NCBI GenBank assembly: GCA_965198115.1
Contig: OZ240241.1
Coordinates: 5,184,001-5,248,000 of the forward strand
Source of the DNA: Candidatus Latescibacterota bacterium
GTDB taxonomy: Bacteria > Latescibacterota > UBA2968
Reading direction: 5' to 3'
Length of the DNA stretch: 64,000 nt
Below are positions 58,424 to 64,000 of this stretch, in pieces (positions within the stretch are counted from its first letter, which is position 1; each line of letters opens with the position of its first letter). Under the pieces are notes generated by a model. It had not been told where the DNA came from. It did no database searches and worked only from the letters and a program-made list of their open reading frames with translations. The translations under genes and the position numbers were made by a program.

Positions 58424-59245
58424 ATGGCCGCTCCAGAAAGCCAGTCACAAGGAACGAGCGGACAACGTCTGAGGGGCAAGGTGGCCGCCATCACCGGTGC
58501 GGGCGCCGGCAACGGCAGGGCCACCGTGCTCCGACTCGGTCGTGACGGCGCATCCGTCTTCATCAGCGACATCGACCAGGATCGGCTCGACGACACACTC
58601 CAAATGTTGAAGGAAGCCGGAATTGAAGCCGTCGGGGCCATCTTCGACGCCGCGAAGGCAGAGGACGCCGCTCGATTCATCGACGCGGTCATCGCTCGCT
58701 ATGGTCGGCTCGACATCTTCGTCAACAACGCCGGTGCCATTCGAGCGCAGCCCTTTCCCGATGTCACCGAAGAAACGTGGGACTGGGTGATGGACCTCAA
58801 TCTCAAAGGCGCCTACTTCTACATGCAAGAGGCCGCCAAGCAGATGACGAAGCAAAGCTCCGGCACCATCATCAACATCGCCTCCGTCGCAGGCATTGCG
58901 GGGGGCATGACCCTTTCTCCGCCCTACGCGGGCGCCAAGGCCGCCCTCATCAACCTAACCAAGGTCGCCGCCGCGAAGATGGCCGAATACGGCGTCACTG
59001 TGAACGCCGTCGCGCCCGGTATCGTCAACACCGCGTTCAACTGGAACCTGGATGAGGAAATCGGCGTGGGTCAGCTCGGCATGAAGGAAGGCGAGCACCT
59101 GGAACAACGCTGTGAACCGATCCCGATGGGACGGATTGGCGAGCCAGAGGACGTTGCGAACGCCGTCGCCTTCCTGACCGGTCCCGACGCCGCCTACATC
59201 ACCGCCGAAACGCTCATCGTTTCAGGCGGCCTCGTCACCCACTGA
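58424..59245 (+). CDS. SDR oxidoreductase
   Basis: TGAGAGNG, NNAG, YAGAK, VNAVAPG. Confidence 0.95.
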   Translation: MAAPESQSQGTSGQRLRGKVAAITGAGAGNGRATVLRLGRDGASVFISDIDQDRLDDTLQMLKEAGIEAVGAIFDAAKAEDAARFIDAVIARYGRLDIFVNNAGAIRAQPFPDVTEETWDWVMDLNLKGAYFYMQEAAKQMTKQSSGTIINIASVAGIAGGMTLSPPYAGAKAALINLTKVAAAKMAEYGVTVNAVAPGIVNTAFNWNLDEEIGVGQLGMKEGEHLEQRCEPIPMGRIGEPEDVANAVAFLTGPDAAYITAETLIVSGGLVTH

Positions 59246-59265
59246 TCCCTCGGTCGGAGAAAGAG

Positions 59266-60057
59266 ATGTCATCTGAGCCACCACTGATCACGAACCCTGC
59301 CAAGGACATTCTCAAGAGCGGCGGACCGCTGTTCGGGTTCAACGTGTTCGAATCCCTTCGCCCTTCAGTCGTCAAGATCGTCGCGCAGGCCGGATACAAC
59401 CTCCTCCTGATCGAGAACGAACACGTCGTGCACAACGACGAAACACTCACGAACTTTCTCGTGATGGCCCGAGACAACGGGTTGTCCCCCACCGTAACGG
59501 TCCTCGTTCCCGACCGGCCCTTCGTGTCGCGCGTGCTCGACGCGGGCGCGCTCGGCATCTGCCTCTCACACGCCGACACGCCCGACCAGGTGGATGACCT
59601 GGTACGCTGGATGAAATACGCGCCCGTGGGTGAGCGCGGCCTGGCGCTGGGCGCCAACGTGGACTACGTGGGAACTGATGTCGCACGCTATTGCGAGGAA
59701 GCGAACGCAGCAACCCTATTGACCCTCAAGATTGAATCCCCACGTGGGGTCGAGAACGCCGAGGCGATGCTTTCGAACGAATGCGTGGACGCCGTCGTGT
59801 TCGGTCCTGGCGACCTGGCGGCGAAAATGGGTTACCACGGACAGTGGGAACACCCCGAGGTCGTCAAGGCGATGGAAAGCGTGATCGAAATCGCCCTCTC
59901 GAAAAATCTGCCCGTGGAGCCATCGGTTTATCCAAAGAGCCGCGCGGAATACGAACAACAGCGAGAGCGTGGCATCCAATTGTTCGGACGTTTTAGAAGC
60001 ACCGAATACAATCTGCTTCAGGAAGCCGCGTCAGAGGCGATGTCGATTTATCGTTGA
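59266..60057 (+). CDS. HpcH/HpaI aldolase-family protein
   Basis: ENEH, LDAGA.G, KY.P.G.RG, IES..GV.N, GPGDL. Confidence 0.88.
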   Translation: MSSEPPLITNPAKDILKSGGPLFGFNVFESLRPSVVKIVAQAGYNLLLIENEHVVHNDETLTNFLVMARDNGLSPTVTVLVPDRPFVSRVLDAGALGICLSHADTPDQVDDLVRWMKYAPVGERGLALGANVDYVGTDVARYCEEANAATLLTLKIESPRGVENAEAMLSNECVDAVVFGPGDLAAKMGYHGQWEHPEVVKAMESVIEIALSKNLPVEPSVYPKSRAEYEQQRERGIQLFGRFRSTEYNLLQEAASEAMSIYR

Positions 60058-60088
60058 CCAAGGCCGTTCGCAGAAGGTGGAGAGACGT

Positions 60089-61123
60089 ATGGCCACAAAA
60101 GCCACACTTGGAATCACACGAGAGTTTTTCGACGAGGAAGGAAACCTCACGATGCCGGGTCCAGGTCTGAAGCTGCTCGACGATCTACCTGGACTCGAGT
60201 ATCACGTGTTCGACGAGTGGATCCGCGAGATTCCCCCCGAGCAGGTCAACGGATGCGATATGGTCATCAGCGGCGGCGCGCGATGGACAGCCCACGCCCT
60301 CGAGGGAAACGAGCAGTTGATCGCCCTCCTCTATACTGGTGTGGGCTATGATCACATCGATGTGGAGGCGCTGACCGAGAACGGGACGCTCTTCTGTTTC
60401 GCGCCCGACGCCGTGCGACGGCCGATGGCGTGCACCGTGATGACATTCATCATGGCCCTCGCGATGCGACTGATGGCGAAGGATCGTATCACCCGACATG
60501 GGCGATGGGCGGAGCAGAGTGAGTATCGGGGGGAGGGTCTGACCGGAAAGACGCTGGGTGGTATCGGTGTAGGCAACATCGGACGGGAGGTGTTCGTGTT
60601 GGCCCAGCCGTTCGGCATGCGACATCTTGCCTGCGACCCCTATGTTGATCCAGCCTCTGTCGCCGATCTCGGCATAGAGCTGGTGGATCTGGACACGCTC
60701 CTGAAGGAATCCGACTTCGTGACCATCAGCGTCCCCCTGAACTCCAACACGCGCCATCTCGTCGGCGAGCGTGAACTGCGAAAGATGAAAGCGACGGCCT
60801 ACCTGATCAACACGTCGCGCGGGCCAACGGTCGACGAGCAGGCCTTGATCAAGGCCTTGCGCGAGAAGTGGATTCAGGGTGCGGCCCTCGACGTCTTCGA
60901 GCAGGAGCCGGTCGATTCTGAAAACCCGCTCCTGAAGATGGACAACGTCATCGTATCGCCCCACGCGCTCGGTCATACCGATGAGTACTACCAGCTCGCC
61001 TGGGAAGGCAAAGTCAGACAGGCGTCCAAGATTCTACGGGGCGAGATTCCCGACGGGGTCGTCAATACGGAAGTCCTCGAAAGCGATTCGTTCAAAGCGA
61101 AATTCAAGCGATTCCAAAACTGA
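60089..61123 (+). CDS. D-isomer-specific 2-hydroxyacid dehydrogenase
   Basis: GVGYD, G.GNIG, LINTSRG, LDVFEQEP, SPH. Confidence 0.93.
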   Translation: MATKATLGITREFFDEEGNLTMPGPGLKLLDDLPGLEYHVFDEWIREIPPEQVNGCDMVISGGARWTAHALEGNEQLIALLYTGVGYDHIDVEALTENGTLFCFAPDAVRRPMACTVMTFIMALAMRLMAKDRITRHGRWAEQSEYRGEGLTGKTLGGIGVGNIGREVFVLAQPFGMRHLACDPYVDPASVADLGIELVDLDTLLKESDFVTISVPLNSNTRHLVGERELRKMKATAYLINTSRGPTVDEQALIKALREKWIQGAALDVFEQEPVDSENPLLKMDNVIVSPHALGHTDEYYQLAWEGKVRQASKILRGEIPDGVVNTEVLESDSFKAKFKRFQN

Positions 61124-61146
61124 TCGCACCTACTGGAGTATCGCCG

Positions 61147-61503
61147 ATGGACCACAGACAACAGATCCGAGAGTGGCTGGACAAACTTCGCGCAGGCACG
61201 CTCGTCGAAGACGATCTCCAACAGGCACTGGACCGCCTGAACGGTCAATCGCACAGACAAAAGCTGCTGTATCTGCAGGCACACAAGTCAGGCGTGGACG
61301 CTGATGTCATCGGGATGTCCATCGTAGAGAATGGAGAAATCAGCGAGGGCCCGGGTGACCCGGAGGCGTGGCCCTACAAGACTGTGCTGGAAGCGATGAA
61401 CGACGGCTGGCGTGTAATCAAGTTTCCGGATATGACCCTGATGATGCAGGATGAGGAGACTTACGGACTCGGGTGCGACTTCGTGCTCGAGAAGTGGGAA
61501 TAG
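61147..61503 (+). CDS. Conserved small hypothetical protein (118 aa), paralogue of 50535
   Basis: Same core motifs plus ~35-aa helical N-terminal extension. Confidence 0.85.
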   Translation: MDHRQQIREWLDKLRAGTLVEDDLQQALDRLNGQSHRQKLLYLQAHKSGVDADVIGMSIVENGEISEGPGDPEAWPYKTVLEAMNDGWRVIKFPDMTLMMQDEETYGLGCDFVLEKWE

Positions 61504-61524
61504 GTCAAAGTAGATGTCAGGTTT

Positions 61525-61605
61525 AGCGGCGTCAGTTCGAGCGAAGTCGAGAACACGCCCATAGCCCAAGCGATTAGGGACTTCTCGACTCCGCTCGAAG
61601 TGACC
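61525..61605 (+). repeat. ~82-bp palindromic REP/MITE-like repeat, copy 2
   Basis: Near-identical to 35985-36067; differences lie mainly in the loop. Confidence 0.9.
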
Positions 61606-61639
61606 TGCTTCCAATCTCGTATTGCCTTCGAGGTGAACT

Positions 61640-62497
61640 ATGACAATGGCATTACCACAGACCGAGATCGCCCTCCCCTACGACTGCAAACCCACGCTGA
61701 CCGACGAACAGGTCTTCGAGTTCTGTCGAAAGGGCTATATGGTCCTCGAGGGCGCTGTCGAGGATGAAGTCAACGAGCGAACAGTGGCCTTCTGCGACCG
61801 GTTTCCGACCGGTCAGCCGCTCGAGCTGCTGGAGGAAGATTGGTTCGTCGATGGTGTCCTCAAACACAAGGAAGCTGCGGGCGCGGTTCGCTGTCTCCTC
61901 GGAAAGGACTTTCTCCTGCCGGGCAACATCAGCAACCATCGCGCAGAATGTCCGGCGCCCGCTCAGGGCTGGCATCGCGATGGCGGTTCGATCTACACGC
62001 CACGCCTCGACTATCTACAGGTATTCTACTATCCCCAGGACACGACGGCTGAAATGGGTCCCACGGAGGTGCTTCCGGGTTCTCACTTCAGACGATGCAA
62101 ATCGAACTTCATCAACCACGTTCGCAACATCAAAATGACGGAGAAGACGATCGCGCCGGCCGGATCGATCTTCATCACCGTCTACGCCATCTGGCATCGG
62201 AAGGGCAAGAGCACGTGGAGCGGTATCCGCAATCTCATCAAGTACAACTACTGGCGCACCGCCCAACCACAGCGTGATTGGATCATCGATCCTGACTACG
62301 TCTTCTCGTGGCCCGAAACGCCGCCCGAACCCGGATTCGAGCAGTTCAAGAGCGAAATCGGAGCGGCCAGAATGTTCTCGTGGCTCTGCGGCGAAGAATA
62401 CGAACACACCGGTGGTCAATGTTGGCCGTGCGGTTCTCCGCGAACGCCTGAATGCGATCAGCCAGGGTTGCCAGCCGGGTTGAGACGGTACACCTGA
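61640..62497 (+). CDS. PhyH-family dioxygenase (paralogue D2)
   Basis: WHRDGG, QVFYYPQDT, PGSH, IWHR. Confidence 0.9.
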   Translation: MTMALPQTEIALPYDCKPTLTDEQVFEFCRKGYMVLEGAVEDEVNERTVAFCDRFPTGQPLELLEEDWFVDGVLKHKEAAGAVRCLLGKDFLLPGNISNHRAECPAPAQGWHRDGGSIYTPRLDYLQVFYYPQDTTAEMGPTEVLPGSHFRRCKSNFINHVRNIKMTEKTIAPAGSIFITVYAIWHRKGKSTWSGIRNLIKYNYWRTAQPQRDWIIDPDYVFSWPETPPEPGFEQFKSEIGAARMFSWLCGEEYEHTGGQCWPCGSPRTPECDQPGLPAGLRRYT

Positions 62498-62513
62498 CAA
62501 AAGCGTAGGTCCT

Positions 62514-64000
62514 ATGCGCGTCGCAGTTTTATCCGGCCCACCGGACTTGTCGGCTTACATCGCTGAACTCTTGCACACCTGGGGCCTTGTCTGTGATGAC
62601 ACAATCGGACCCCACGCGCTGCCGGCGCTCGATCCATCTGACGTCCCCGTCGTTGTCTGCCCCACAGGTTCCGATGACCGTGACCGCGATGCGTCGTTGA
62701 TCGACTACGCTCAGCGGGGTGGAACTGTCATCTGCTTTTTGCCACAGGACATTCTGGCACGCGCGGCTGGTCTCGACCCACAGGGTGACAAAGAGCCTCC
62801 CCAACGTCTGCGAGTCACGGCCTTTCCCTCAGCTGGGCTGTCTGGAGAAACACTGCCCATCGTCGGACGGATCCACGTCTACGAGCAGGCGTCAGAGGCA
62901 ACCGGCCTGGGCTATCTGTCATACCCGGGCCAGTTCGAGGGCGAAAGCGTCGGCCTCGTCGAAACGCCGATCGGATCCGGCCGCATCGTCGCCTTCGCGT
63001 TCGACTTGCCGTTAAGTGTCCTCTTGCTCAGGCAGGGTGATCCCAACCTCGCCGAAGTCGTTCCCCCCGGTGACAGAACGGCGCGTCCTTCCCATCTCGC
63101 TTCATCGATAGGGCTGGGCGAGTCCGGCTGGGTTCCGTTCGCCGACCTGCTCGCTCGACTTCTGGTCGACCTCGTTCGGCGGTATGTGCCTGCTCCTGTG
63201 CCCTTGCTGTCCCATCTCCCCGGGTCTGCGCCCGGCATCTTGCTCTATTCAGGCGACGAAGACAACTCGGACGTTGCCTCTACTGACGACCAACTCAGCT
63301 GGATCGCGGAGACAGGCGGGCGGATGAACTTGTACATCATCCCCGTTAGGACGCAGTCGAGCGAAGCCGACGTCGCTCGATACCGAACGCACAATGATGT
63401 GGGCCCGCATCCCATGCTGACTTCGCACTATCAAGAACCTGTGTCCGCAAGGTTGACGGAGTTCGAACGCCAGATCAGGATGTTCTCGGAAATGTTCGAC
63501 GTGCGAGCCCGCTCCCTTCGGAATCACAGTACCGCGTGGGCGGGCTATCTGGAACCCGTCGAAGTGATGGAACGACTGGGTGTGCGGATGGATGGAAACT
63601 ACTTTTCAGGCACGTACAAACGCGACCGCCAACACGCCCCTTACGCCGCGTTCGGGGCGGCGATGCCGGTGAGATTCTGCAAGCCAGAAGGCGAACTGCT
63701 CGATGTTTTCCAACAACACACCCACTTGTCCGACGATGCGGCGTTCGGCGACGCTGACTATTCCTACAGGTTGTCACGATCAGCCTATACCACCGAGTTG
63801 GAGCGTATCTATTCCGACATTGCCACGCGCTTTCACACGCCATACGGCGTCTGCATTCACCCTGGCAATTGGGTGAGATACTCCAGGTCCCAGGGCCAGG
63901 ATTTGATCCGGCAGGCAGACCAGTTCGACTTGCCGACCTGGTCTTTCGATCAATGGCTGAGCTTCTGGGATGCGCGGTCGACCTGGACGTTGGAAGACGT
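62514..64000 (+). CDS. Hypothetical protein: GATase-like N-terminal region plus CE4/deacetylase-like barrel (runs off right edge; absent from ORF track)
   Basis: Hand translation MRVAVLSGPP...YAQRGG...LLRQGDP...YSGDED...VGPHP...RNH...W.GY...IHP; no stop before the window end. Confidence 0.7.
   Translation, partial: MRVAVLSGPPDLSAYIAELLHTWGLVCDDTIGPHALPALDPSDVPVVVCPTGSDDRDRDASLIDYAQRGGTVICFLPQDILARAAGLDPQGDKEPPQRLRVTAFPSAGLSGETLPIVGRIHVYEQASEATGLGYLSYPGQFEGESVGLVETPIGSGRIVAFAFDLPLSVLLLRQGDPNLAEVVPPGDRTARPSHLASSIGLGESGWVPFADLLARLLVDLVRRYVPAPVPLLSHLPGSAPGILLYSGDEDNSDVASTDDQLSWIAETGGRMNLYIIPVRTQSSEADVARYRTHNDVGPHPMLTSHYQEPVSARLTEFERQIRMFSEMFDVRARSLRNHSTAWAGYLEPVEVMERLGVRMDGNYFSGTYKRDRQHAPYAAFGAAMPVRFCKPEGELLDVFQQHTHLSDDAAFGDADYSYRLSRSAYTTELERIYSDIATRFHTPYGVCIHPGNWVRYSRSQGQDLIRQADQFDLPTWSFDQWLSFWDARSTWTLED

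Noticed and set aside
35985-61605. Palindromic and heptamer repeats as a CRISPR array
   Set aside because: Copies are dispersed, with no regular repeat-spacer structure and no cas genes
1-64000. rRNA, tRNA, riboswitch or anti-phage defence genes
   Set aside because: None recognisable by eye; a covariance-model scan would be needed to exclude small RNAs

Overview
GC-rich bacterial accessory/metabolic region, probably from a Latescibacterota/Poribacteria-like lineage (inferred from the PhyH expansion, DUF6785-type membrane proteins and a DFDGSGKVDF..F...FG motif; not proven). Genes run mostly on the minus strand up to ~18.3 kb and mostly on the plus strand after it. The window holds 15 PhyH-family Fe(II)/2-oxoglutarate dioxygenase genes or remnants, mixed with 3 DegT-type aminotransferases, 4 Gfo/Idh/MocA oxidoreductases, 2 aldo-keto reductases, 2 SDRs, a P450, amidohydrolases, sialidase-like and glycosidase-like proteins, deacetylases, an Eis-like GNAT and two broken copies of a polytopic membrane protein. 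Five IS elements (ISL3, IS256, IS1182, IS1380, IS630) have definable ends; three sit at CTAG sites. I recognised no transcription factor, rRNA, tRNA or CRISPR array. Best leads: (i) three PhyH paralogues with an H-G-A motif in place of HxD (candidate halogenases); (ii) an uncharacterised small protein found twice next to the same PhyH subtype; (iii) KanJ-like dioxygenases beside DegT aminotransferases and dehydrogenases, suggesting an aminosugar/aminocyclitol-processing super-locus; (iv) short gene stubs that record duplication and deletion of dioxygenase cassettes. All family calls come from motif recognition by eye, without database searches.
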